Of a DNA stretch of 64,000 nt, positions 36,034-44,007 are shown piece by piece. Position 1 is the stretch's first letter. Every line of letters begins with the position of its first letter. The notes under the pieces are model-generated. The model saw only the letters and a program-made list of their open reading frames with translations, was not told the origin of the DNA and ran no database searches. Position numbers and translations under genes: made by a program. Where the stretch lies: IMG/VR virus record IMGVR_UViG_3300011842_000033, one strand, 5' to 3'. The DNA comes from an uncultured virus (IMG/VR IMGVR_UViG_3300011842_000033) (taxonomy: Duplodnaviria; Heunggongvirae; Uroviricota; Caudoviricetes).

Positions 36034-36696
36034 CTACCGTCGTTTCCGCTTGATCCATGAACCAGTCACTACACCGCAGAAGCTCGTTTGTTCTGGCATA
36101 TGCAGGATTCGATTCGGAAATTCCGGGTTCAATGCCAGAAGGTATGTGCCGTCCTCGGTTATCTGCAAGCGCTTGAACGTTACCTGGCCATCCGGAGTGC
36201 GTACGACAACGTCATCGTTGTGCATGGGGACCAGCTCGGGCTCCACGAGAAGAATCTCCCCGGTTCTGTACTCTGGGGACATGCTCAGCCCTCGGACCTC
36301 TAGGCAGTAGGCGGAGGGGCTATGGGGGAACGGGCAGTCCAGCCAGTCATCGGCAAAGCCAGGTTCAAACAAATCTATCGCCTCGCATAAATCTCCGGCG
36401 CGCACCCATGAAATCAGAGGTACGCGTTGATGCAAGGCGGGCCCAGGTCCCAAGGTCGAGTCTAGGGTTTGCGGATCGGGCTGGCGGAGGCCGAGTACTT
36501 CAGCCATGTCCAACCCAAGGGCGCGAGTGAGGCGCTCGATGTAATTGATCTGCGGGTTCTGGAACTCACCCTTGAGGATGCGGTGCACGGTGGATTGGTT
36601 AAGGCCGGCTCTCTTGGCCAGCTCTGTCTCGCTCCAGCCCAGCTTTTCGCGCCTTGCCGCCAGCGTGGCGGCGATGTGACCGATCGAAATAGCCAT
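36034..36696 (-). CDS. cI: CI-like repressor (XRE HTH plus S24 peptidase)
   Basis: HTH SETELAKRAGLNQSTVHRI; VRAG cleavage site, GLSM, TFKRL. Confidence 0.95.
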   Translation of the reverse strand: MAISIGHIAATLAARREKLGWSETELAKRAGLNQSTVHRILKGEFQNPQINYIERLTRALGLDMAEVLGLRQPDPQTLDSTLGPGPALHQRVPLISWVRAGDLCEAIDLFEPGFADDWLDCPFPHSPSAYCLEVRGLSMSPEYRTGEILLVEPELVPMHNDDVVVRTPDGQVTFKRLQITEDGTYLLALNPEFPNRILHMPEQTSFCGVVTGSWIKRKRR

Positions 36697-36704
36697 GCCG
36701 AGAT

Positions 36705-36761
36705 TATTCCTTTGCGAATTATGCAAAGCGTATTGCGGCTGACAATTCCGATGCGTATTAT
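36705..36761 (+). promoter_or_regulatory. PR promoter and OR operators
   Basis: TTGCGG-17bp-TATTAT (36733-36761); operators 36705-20, 36719-34, 36744-59 match the PL consensus. Confidence 0.7.
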
Positions 36762-36796
36762 CTTGCTCAATGCGTAGCCGGATACATTCCTTTGTC

Positions 36797-37054
36797 ATGA
36801 CTACTCCCTCGATCACTGAAATGCTGAAAGCGCTTATCGAAGCTGGGATGACCCAGCAAGGCATCGCTGATGCTATTGGCGTTACTCAGCCGACCGTTTT
36901 CCGGGCGCTGAATGGCGCTGAGCTCCGTTACTGCATCGGTAAGGAGCTGGAAAAGCTCTATGCCGAGAAGAGCGGCGGCGCCGGCTTCGAAGCTGACCGC
37001 CGCCAGGCGGAGCGTAGGCGCGGAGAGCGGCGCCAAGGCGAACGCCGCGCCTAA
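36797..37054 (+). CDS. cro: Cro-like HTH protein with (D/E)RR-repeat tail
   Basis: MTQQGIADAIGVTQPTVFRAL; divergent from cI. Confidence 0.85.
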   Translation: MTTPSITEMLKALIEAGMTQQGIADAIGVTQPTVFRALNGAELRYCIGKELEKLYAEKSGGAGFEADRRQAERRRGERRQGERRA

Positions 37055-37066
37055 CCAGAATCACAG

Positions 37067-37371
37067 CCCGCCTTCAGGACACAGCACAGCAGCACACGTA
37101 TCAGGCGGGAGCCGGCCCGAGAGTCTTACCAACGCCATCGGGCCGGCGCCGGGCAAGCAGCCTAGAAACACAAAAGCCTGTCGCTACGGCGGCAGGCTTG
37201 TATAGAGGTCGAGAACTGGGGACCCACTTACCACAGCAAGAACCCCAGCCTCGACGGTCCGGTAACCGGTTACCAGCCGGCTACCTCAACCCGCGACCCG
37301 TGGACACAGCAGTCATGAGGGTCGCGTGCTGTAGGTGAACTGTAGGGCAACGGCCCGGCGGTTGGCTACAG
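37067..37371 (+). ncRNA. Array of hairpins displaying GGACACAGCA / CTTACCA loops
   Basis: Stems at 37067-109, 37111-147, 37174-199, 37208-255, 37292-326, 37340-371. Confidence 0.55.
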
Positions 37372-37392
37372 CGTTACAGGGGCATTAACGCT

Positions 37393-37884
37393 ATGAGCCG
37401 TAAAGACCTTCTGCCGGGCGCCGGCCCGGTGCTGACCACCCGCCAGGCGCTGTACCGCGCCACGCGGGACGCCGAGGGCGGGCAGCTTGCCGTGGCGCTG
37501 ACCATTGGCATGGACCCGGACGAGCTGAGCAAGCGCGTCAACCCTACGGGCAATCGCCCGATTCACCCTGAGTTCATCGAGGAGATCGTCGCCACGACGC
37601 GCGACCCGCGCCTGCTGGCGGCGTTGGTGCGCCCGGCCGGTGCGGTGGTGTTCGTGCCCAAGCCTGTGCGGGCAACGCCGGATGCGCTGAAGGCGCTGGG
37701 TGAGTTGCTGCAGGCCGAAGGCGAGTTCGTCGGCAGCCTGCACGACGGCGCCGCGGACAGCCACTGGGAGCACCACGAGGTGGAGGCGTTGCGCTACCAC
37801 GCGAACAAGGTGATCGGCGAGATCCTGGGGATTGTGGCCGGCGCTGAGCAGGCGATGGAAGCGGAGGCGGTGTGCCATGGATGA
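37393..37884 (+). CDS. CII-like phage regulatory protein
   Basis: Position after cro; GG..AVALTIGM..LSKRVNP HTH-like. Confidence 0.7.
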   Translation: MSRKDLLPGAGPVLTTRQALYRATRDAEGGQLAVALTIGMDPDELSKRVNPTGNRPIHPEFIEEIVATTRDPRLLAALVRPAGAVVFVPKPVRATPDALKALGELLQAEGEFVGSLHDGAADSHWEHHEVEALRYHANKVIGEILGIVAGAEQAMEAEAVCHG

Positions 37885-38098
37885 GCATCTGATCGAACGT
37901 GCCCAGCGCGAGCAGGACGAGGCGTTGCAGCGGCTCATCGACAGCCGCGTGCAGTACCAGGGCGAAAGCCTGGACGAGTGCGAAGGGTGCGGTGGCGAGA
38001 TTCCGCAGGCCCGGCGCGACGCGGTGAAGGGTTGCCGGATGTGCTTTGACTGCCAGCAGGTGATCGATAAGCGGAATGCGGGGGTGCGGCGTGGTTGA
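37877..38098 (+). CDS. TraR/DksA C4 zinc-finger protein
   Basis: CEGCGGEIPQARR..GCRMCFDCQ. Confidence 0.9.
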   Translation: MDEHLIERAQREQDEALQRLIDSRVQYQGESLDECEGCGGEIPQARRDAVKGCRMCFDCQQVIDKRNAGVRRG

Positions 38099-40793
38099 GC
38101 GCGTTCCTCTTACGCTGGCCGACCTGACCGAGCTGCTGCAGTACATCCCGGCCGATGACCGTGATACCTGGTTGCAGGTGGGCATGGGCATCAAGGCGGA
38201 GTTCGCCAGTGCTGGCTTTGACGCCTGGGATACTTGGAGTGCGACGGGCGCAGGGTATAACGCAGGCGATGCGAAGACGGTTTGGCGGAGCTTCCGCAAG
38301 GCCGGCACGGGCATGGGCACGGTGATCAAACTGGCGAAGGACAACGGCTGGCGGCCGCGCCGGGAGCCAATGACTGCCGAGGAGAAGCGCCGCCTGAATG
38401 CCGAGGCGGAAGCCCGGCGGGCGGTGCGGCAGGCTGAGATCGAAGCGGACGATGCACGGGCCTCGGTGATGCGCGAGGCGGTGGCCAGCGCGTGTGAGCT
38501 GATCTGGACGAAGCATTGCAAGCCGCAAGGCGAAAGCCCCTACCTGGAACGCAAGCTGGTGGGGGCTTTTGGCGTTGGCTATTTCCATTACACGGTTGTG
38601 CTTTCCATCGATGACCAGCGGCAGCGCTGCGATGTGTGGGTGGGCAGCGAGACCCGCGAGTTTTTCGCCAACCTGCCGAAGCCGCGACCAGATTCGATCA
38701 GCTTCCTGATGTTCAAGAAGGGAAGCATTGCCATTCCGCTGCGCGATGCGGCGGGCAAGCTCTGGAGCCTGCAGGCGATCAACGAGCAGGGCACGAAGCT
38801 GTTCCCGAAGTACGGGCGCAAGGCGGGTTGCCGGCATGTGCTGGGTGACCTGGCCGACGCGACGGTGATCGGCGAGGCCGAAGGCTATGCGACGGCTGCC
38901 AGTGTGCATATGGCGAAGGGCTGGCCGGTGGCGATGGCGCTGGACTCCGGCAACATGCCGGCGGTAGCGCGTGACCTGGTGGCGCAATGCCCGGATGCGC
39001 TGCTGGTGGTTGCCGGTGACGATGACCCGACGAAGCCGTGCAACCCGGGCCGCAAGAAGGCGGAAGCGGCGGCGGGTGAGGTGGGCGGCATTGCGGCCTT
39101 CCCGACGCAGCCGGCCGAAGGCGAGGCGGGGCAAGATTGGAACGATGTGCATGTGGCGTGGGGGCTGGATGCGGTAGCGCAGCAGCTCGACGCGGCTGTT
39201 GCCGCTGGCAAGCCTTCCCCGACCCCATCCGCTGACGAAGCCGCTGCGCCGGCCGGCTCCTCCGACAACAGGGGGCAGGGGGTGGGCTTCACCAGTGAGC
39301 AGATCCTGCGGCGGTTCGCGTTGGTGGAAGGCACCACGCACGTCTGGGACCAGGACAAGAAAGCGGTGATGAAGAAGACCGCGTTCGAGGCGCTGGTGAC
39401 GAAGCCGCTGGCGAAGGCCTGGGCGGATGACGTGGCCAAGAAGCTGATCGGCGGCGATACGGTGCGCGAGCTGGAGCAGGCGCGGCGGATGGCGGGCAAG
39501 AAGGCCACGGCGCTGGGGATGACGCCCATCGACCGGTATGTGTACATCGACGGGACGAAGGATGTGTGGGACCGCGAGAAGAAGCGGCGCATCCCGGAGG
39601 GCGCGGTGAAGATGGCGCTGGGCGATGCCTACGCGCTGTGGCTGAACTCGGCCGAGCGCCGCACGGTGGATGTGGACCACATCGTGTTCGACCCGACGAT
39701 GACAAAGGACCCGGCGGTGTACATCAACACGTTCGAGGGGCTGCCGCTGGAGCCGGTGCGCGATGACGCGGCGTGCGAGAACCTGCGCTGGCTGATCTCG
39801 TTCCTGTGCAACCACGAGGCGGAGCCGCTGGACTGGCTGGTGAAGTGGCTGGCCTTTCCGCTGCAGCACCCGGGCGCGAAGCTGGACACGGCGGTGCTGA
39901 TGCATTCGGTAATGGAGGGCTCGGGCAAGAGCCTGCTGTTCGCCGATACGTTGGGTGCGCTGTATGGGCCGTATGCGGCGACAGTTGGGCAGACGCAGCT
40001 GGAATCGAACTTCAACGCTTGGCAGAGCCGGAAGCTGTGGGCGGTGTTCGAGGAAGTGGTCAGCCGTGATCAGCGGTACAACCAGGTGGGCAAGATCAAG
40101 CATCTGATCACCGGCAAGACGGTGCGGATGGAATCGAAGTTCATCAATGGTTGGGAGGAAGCCAACCATATGAATGCGGTGTTCCTTTCGAACGAGATCC
40201 TGCCGTGGCCGATCAGTGAGTCGGACCGGCGCTTTCTGGTGATGTGGCCGTTGGAGACGCTGCCGGAGGAACGGCAGCGGGCGATCGGCGCGGAGCTGGC
40301 GAACGGTGGGGTGGCGGCACTCTACGGCTGGCTGCTGGATGTGGACCTGGGTGACTTCAACGAGCGCACGCGGCCGCCACATACCGAGGCGCGGCGCCGG
40401 CTGGTGGCGCTTTCGCGGGCCGGCTGGCAGACGTTCCTTCATCAGTGGCAGCACGGGGAGTTGGGGCAGAAGCTGTGGGGCGCGTGCCTGTCGACGGACC
40501 TTTATGCGCTGTTCCTCGAGTGGTGCCAGCGCAATCGCGAGCATGCGATGAGCCAGACGAAGTTCAGCCTGTTTATCAGCTCCGAGGTGGAGAAGACGCG
40601 GTCGATCCCCTGGACGGAGGGGGCGAACCGGCGCTTCGGGGCGTTCTTCTTTCCCAGTGACCCGGACTCTTCCCTGCCCCCATCTATGAGCGCGGCTGCG
40701 CTTGGCCAGCATGTGGCGGCCTGGCGGGCGAGGGCGAAATTGGCGGGCTGGGATGTGGACGGCTGGGAGCATTTGAAGGGGGCTGCGGCATGA
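38091..40793 (+). CDS. Primase-helicase (PriCT-2, TOPRIM, SF3 helicase)
   Basis: DDRDTWLQVGM, EGYATA, GDDD, DWND, GSGKS. Confidence 0.95.
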   Translation: MVERVPLTLADLTELLQYIPADDRDTWLQVGMGIKAEFASAGFDAWDTWSATGAGYNAGDAKTVWRSFRKAGTGMGTVIKLAKDNGWRPRREPMTAEEKRRLNAEAEARRAVRQAEIEADDARASVMREAVASACELIWTKHCKPQGESPYLERKLVGAFGVGYFHYTVVLSIDDQRQRCDVWVGSETREFFANLPKPRPDSISFLMFKKGSIAIPLRDAAGKLWSLQAINEQGTKLFPKYGRKAGCRHVLGDLADATVIGEAEGYATAASVHMAKGWPVAMALDSGNMPAVARDLVAQCPDALLVVAGDDDPTKPCNPGRKKAEAAAGEVGGIAAFPTQPAEGEAGQDWNDVHVAWGLDAVAQQLDAAVAAGKPSPTPSADEAAAPAGSSDNRGQGVGFTSEQILRRFALVEGTTHVWDQDKKAVMKKTAFEALVTKPLAKAWADDVAKKLIGGDTVRELEQARRMAGKKATALGMTPIDRYVYIDGTKDVWDREKKRRIPEGAVKMALGDAYALWLNSAERRTVDVDHIVFDPTMTKDPAVYINTFEGLPLEPVRDDAACENLRWLISFLCNHEAEPLDWLVKWLAFPLQHPGAKLDTAVLMHSVMEGSGKSLLFADTLGALYGPYAATVGQTQLESNFNAWQSRKLWAVFEEVVSRDQRYNQVGKIKHLITGKTVRMESKFINGWEEANHMNAVFLSNEILPWPISESDRRFLVMWPLETLPEERQRAIGAELANGGVAALYGWLLDVDLGDFNERTRPPHTEARRRLVALSRAGWQTFLHQWQHGELGQKLWGACLSTDLYALFLEWCQRNREHAMSQTKFSLFISSEVEKTRSIPWTEGANRRFGAFFFPSDPDSSLPPSMSAAALGQHVAAWRARAKLAGWDVDGWEHLKGAAA

Positions 40794-41122
40794 GAATGGC
40801 GAAAAGTGTGTTGGGTGTGTTGGGTTGTGTTGGGTTTGGTTTGCGCACCCGGCACAGCGCGAGGCCAGCAACGGCGGGGCTTTGCGCCGGCTGTGCGGGG
40901 TGTGTTGGGTTTTATGTCGCGCGCGCGCGTGCGTGTGTTTTGTTGCAGCCTCTGAACGGGGCTGATGCGGAAGGAAAAAATTGCTACGCGAGGACCGAAA
41001 AACCCAACAAACCCAACACACCTAACACAGTTGCTTTGAAGGCTTTGATTTATAAGGTTTTTAAGTGTGTTGGGTTTGTGTTGGGTTGCGGGTTTTGTGT
41101 CGGGTTGGGGGGCAGAGCATGA
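40790..41122 (+). CDS. Small ORF running through the iteron array
   Basis: ATGA overlaps at both ends; homolog at 1587-1928. Confidence 0.4.
   Translation: MRMAKSVLGVLGCVGFGLRTRHSARPATAGLCAGCAGCVGFYVARARACVLLQPLNGADAEGKNCYARTEKPNKPNTPNTVALKALIYKVFKCVGFVLGCGFCVGLGGRA
40805..41108. repeat. Putative replication origin iteron array (TGTGTYGGGT)
   Basis: Same arrangement as 1600-1900. Confidence 0.7.
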
Positions 41123-41706
41123 TCGAGGCCATGGAGGTGCTGTTGCAGGCGTGGGGCCGTGAGGTTGTGAACCCCGCTCTGGATGTGGCCATCGCCTCGC
41201 CGCTGGGGCGGATGGGTGACGATGCGCCGGGCGGTGTGGGCGGGCATCGCTGCCTGTCGCTGGTGGAGTGCGCGGTGGCGATCAGCCGGGCGAGCCAGGC
41301 CGTGAGCATGGCGCTGGATGGTATGGCGAAGGATGCGCCGCTTGGCCTCGGATCGCGTGGCCGTGTGCTGCAGCGGCTGGCGCATGTGCGCTACTGCCAG
41401 GGGCCGGAGGCGGTCGCCGTGGCGGCGCAGTGTGCGCGGCTGGGTATCTCGATGCGGACGTATCGTGCGCAGGTGGACGAGCTGCATGCCGAGCTGCGGG
41501 CGGAGTGGCCGGTGGCACTTGCGCGGCTGCAAGCGGCGGAGCGGGGCACGGATGCGCATGCGGCTGCGGTGAAGCGTGCGCGTGCGGCGCGGGACGTAGC
41601 GCGGGAGAACGCACGGGCTGAGCGCAAGCGGGTGGCTGAGCGCAAGGCTGCTGCGCGGGCGGTGAAGGCGGCAGCGGAGTTGCGGAAAGTCGGCGCCGCT
41701 GGATGA
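41119..41706 (+). CDS. Putative late-gene regulator
   Basis: MIEAMEVLLQAWG homologous to 1921-2412; HTH-like LGISMRTY. Confidence 0.55.
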   Translation: MIEAMEVLLQAWGREVVNPALDVAIASPLGRMGDDAPGGVGGHRCLSLVECAVAISRASQAVSMALDGMAKDAPLGLGSRGRVLQRLAHVRYCQGPEAVAVAAQCARLGISMRTYRAQVDELHAELRAEWPVALARLQAAERGTDAHAAAVKRARAARDVARENARAERKRVAERKAAARAVKAAAELRKVGAAG

Positions 41707-41739
41707 CCGTTCGTCGGGTTGGTTTGGCGCGAACAGAGT

Positions 41740-41824
41740 TCAACCGTGCTCAAGTGTGCTCAACCGTGTTGAACAGCGCCGCGAAAAACGGGCGGTTGCG
41801 GGCGTTGCATGTCGGCTGTAGAAA
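41740..41824 (+). promoter_or_regulatory. Putative late promoter with three phased repeats
   Basis: TCAA(C/G) at 41740, 41750, 41760; TTGCGG-17bp-TAGAAA. Confidence 0.5.
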
Positions 41825-41830
41825 GTGCCC

Positions 41831-41963
41831 ATGGTTGTAGAGCTGCGCCCGCAGCGATAACCGCCGAGCGACGTGCTGTGTCGCGGCCTGTTCCCCGGCA
41901 GGCCAGCCCTCGCAAGAGGGCACCCATTCCAAGGCTCACCCCAAACGGTGGGCCTTTTTCATT
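41831..41963 (+). ncRNA. Candidate structured late-leader small RNA
   Basis: Hairpin loops GTGCTGT and TTCCCC, extra GCAA hairpin, terminator 41931-41959. Confidence 0.5.
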
Positions 41964-41983
41964 TGTGCCGCTGGAGGTCAAGC

Positions 41984-42346
41984 ATGTCTACCGAACAACA
42001 GGTGCAGCAGTCGCTGGCCGATCTTCCGACGTGGCTGCTGATCCTGGTGGCGCTAGCAGGGCTTACCGGCGAGATGTGGCGGGCCGATGCGGCTGGCATG
42101 GCGGTGGGTGAGCTCATCAAGCGCGTTCTGCTGCGCTTCGGTGCCTCGGCGGTGTTCGGTCTGGCGACCGTGCTATTGGCAACGGCCTGGGGGTCGAGCC
42201 TGCTGACCTCTGCAGCGCTGGGAAGCGTGGTCGCGTGCCTAGGGGCAGATGTGGCCAGCGGGCTTTATGCGCGCTGGCTGGCGCGGCGGGCGGGTGTGTG
42301 TGATGAGGTAACTAAAGCCGCGGCCGAGAGTTCTGACCTGCGCTAA
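41984..42346 (+). CDS. Phage holin
   Basis: Homolog of 2727-3065. Confidence 0.8.
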   Translation: MSTEQQVQQSLADLPTWLLILVALAGLTGEMWRADAAGMAVGELIKRVLLRFGASAVFGLATVLLATAWGSSLLTSAALGSVVACLGADVASGLYARWLARRAGVCDEVTKAAAESSDLR

Positions 42347-42351
42347 GAATG

Positions 42352-43299
42352 CTATGTGTCAGTGGTGACAGGTTTAAGTACGTTGGTGCATGCATTGAAA
42401 TCGTTAATGATCTGAATTATTTCTGGGAGCTGCTTCAGTAGAGTAGCCACTTTTTCTTCCGGAGCTACGGATTGTCCTCCCTGTTTTGCCATCAGCTGAC
42501 GCTTGCCATCCAATGTCTGCAAAGCTGCAAGTGTTTCGGTAGGTGCTACCGATAACTTCGCAACTTTTTCTAGGGCGTCGTCAATTTTGAAAGCCGTCTT
42601 GTTTATCTCGCTAATTTCGTACCGAAGGAGCAACAGATTACGGTTGTGTGCGTATAGCTGAGGTGCTTTGATGAAACTCAATGCCGCTAGCTGTGCCGCT
42701 GTATCTGATTCCGAGTTCATTGCTGCGTTAATAATCGAGGCCGCTTGGAAAGGCTGTAGGCCGCTGGATTGTATTTGTCCGGAGTAAACAACGCCCCTGA
42801 TTGTATCGTTGTTTTTTCTCACGGCTTTTTTGGCGTTATCGATGGTTGCAGTGTCTAAACTCCCCAACTGATCAGCAAGAATTTGCATCTGCAGACCGGA
42901 GCAGTATGCGGATTCGGCAGTGTTGAAGTAGATAGCACGTTGATCTTTGGGTTTGAAGTATTGATTACTTCCCATACCTAGACCTAGCAGAGCACCCGCG
43001 GCTTTATATAGCTTGGACTTAGACCCTGTGAGCGCTCCACCTGCCGCAAGAGTAACTGCGAATATAGACAATCCGTCCGCTTTCACTCCGAAGTCATTAG
43101 CGGCGTCAGATGCATGCGCTTTCTCCAAAGCGCTTGCATAGAAAGCAGATGCCACGCTCTGAGCCTGCTCAGCAGGACTGGACGCTACTTTTTTGGGTGC
43201 TGTGAAAGCGGACGCAGCTCGCGGAGCCTGAACGGGGGCGGTTGTGCAACCTGCCATCATCAACGCAGAAACTACCAACAACGAGCCGGCGAATTTCAT
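42352..43299 (-). CDS. Moron: low-GC lipoprotein
   Basis: Lipobox MAGC; antisense to late operon; AT-rich codons. Confidence 0.8.
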   Translation of the reverse strand: MKFAGSLLVVSALMMAGCTTAPVQAPRAASAFTAPKKVASSPAEQAQSVASAFYASALEKAHASDAANDFGVKADGLSIFAVTLAAGGALTGSKSKLYKAAGALLGLGMGSNQYFKPKDQRAIYFNTAESAYCSGLQMQILADQLGSLDTATIDNAKKAVRKNNDTIRGVVYSGQIQSSGLQPFQAASIINAAMNSESDTAAQLAALSFIKAPQLYAHNRNLLLLRYEISEINKTAFKIDDALEKVAKLSVAPTETLAALQTLDGKRQLMAKQGGQSVAPEEKVATLLKQLPEIIQIINDFNACTNVLKPVTTDT

Positions 43300-43384
43300 A
43301 GAAGATCCGTCCTTGGTGAGAAGTTACCTGAGTGTAGTTCTCTATCCGGCTTTGCAAGTCCTGCGCGGAGGGAAGAAGTGAAGC

Positions 43385-43440
43385 GGGTCCTCCCCGGCGT
43401 TTTTTCCTAATGCGGCGACGTAGACCGCGGATTTTTCGCA
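43385..43440 (+). other. Lambda-like cos site
   Basis: GGGTCCT (lambda cosQ), then GCGGCGACGT and CGCGGATTTTTCGC, just upstream of terS. Confidence 0.7.
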
Positions 43441-43497
43441 GATTGACGGGCGTATAGGGGGTTCCGCTTCCGGCCTGGCGCTGCGCTGGAGTTGTTC

Positions 43498-44007
43498 ATG
43501 CCCTCGCAAAGAGAAATTGCCCAGCATCTGGACATGAGCGAGCGCAACTGCCGAGACGTGCTCAAGTCGCTCGCAATCGACTGGACCTCGGCCACCCTCG
43601 ACGAAATTCGCACCGCCTACATCCGCGACCTGCGAGAGAAGGCGGCCGGCAGGGGAGGCAGTCAGGTCGAGCTGCTCAATGCGGCTCGGATCGAGGAGTC
43701 AACGGTCAAGGCGGCCAACGGCCGACTGGCCTATCACGAGAAACTCGGGACGCTCGTCCCCGCGGCTGACGCAACGCTCGCACTCAGCGACTGGGCCAGC
43801 TTCGCCAACCGCGAGTACCAGAGCGGATTCGAGAAGCTGATTCAAGAGCTGGAGAACGGCCTGAAAGTCAGCATCGACCGAACCATGGTGGCCCGCATTG
43901 CTGAATCTACAGTCGGCCGAATTGGAGGCTATGCGGATAAGCTTGGCCGGCGCCTTGCTGGAGGCCGGCAAGCAATTCAATCCGCCGAAGCAGATAGCGA
44001 CAGCTGA
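43498..44007 (+). CDS. Terminase small subunit (Nu1-like)
   Basis: SQREIAQHLDMSER wHTH; position. Confidence 0.85.
   Translation: MPSQREIAQHLDMSERNCRDVLKSLAIDWTSATLDEIRTAYIRDLREKAAGRGGSQVELLNAARIEESTVKAANGRLAYHEKLGTLVPAADATLALSDWASFANREYQSGFEKLIQELENGLKVSIDRTMVARIAESTVGRIGGYADKLGRRLAGGRQAIQSAEADSDS

Noticed and set aside
37067..37371. Hairpin array as mini-CRISPR or pure RsmA/CsrA sponge
   Set aside because: Stems differ and spacing is irregular. GGA occurs in one motif, but conservation extends to CACAGCA and the CTTACCA loops lack GGA. RsmA involvement is not excluded.
37935..41021. 1028-aa minus-strand ORF (and similar long antisense ORFs, e.g. 5999-7288, 4055-5230, 12147-13262)
   Set aside because: Shadow frames of high-GC genes on the opposite strand; no motifs, biased composition.
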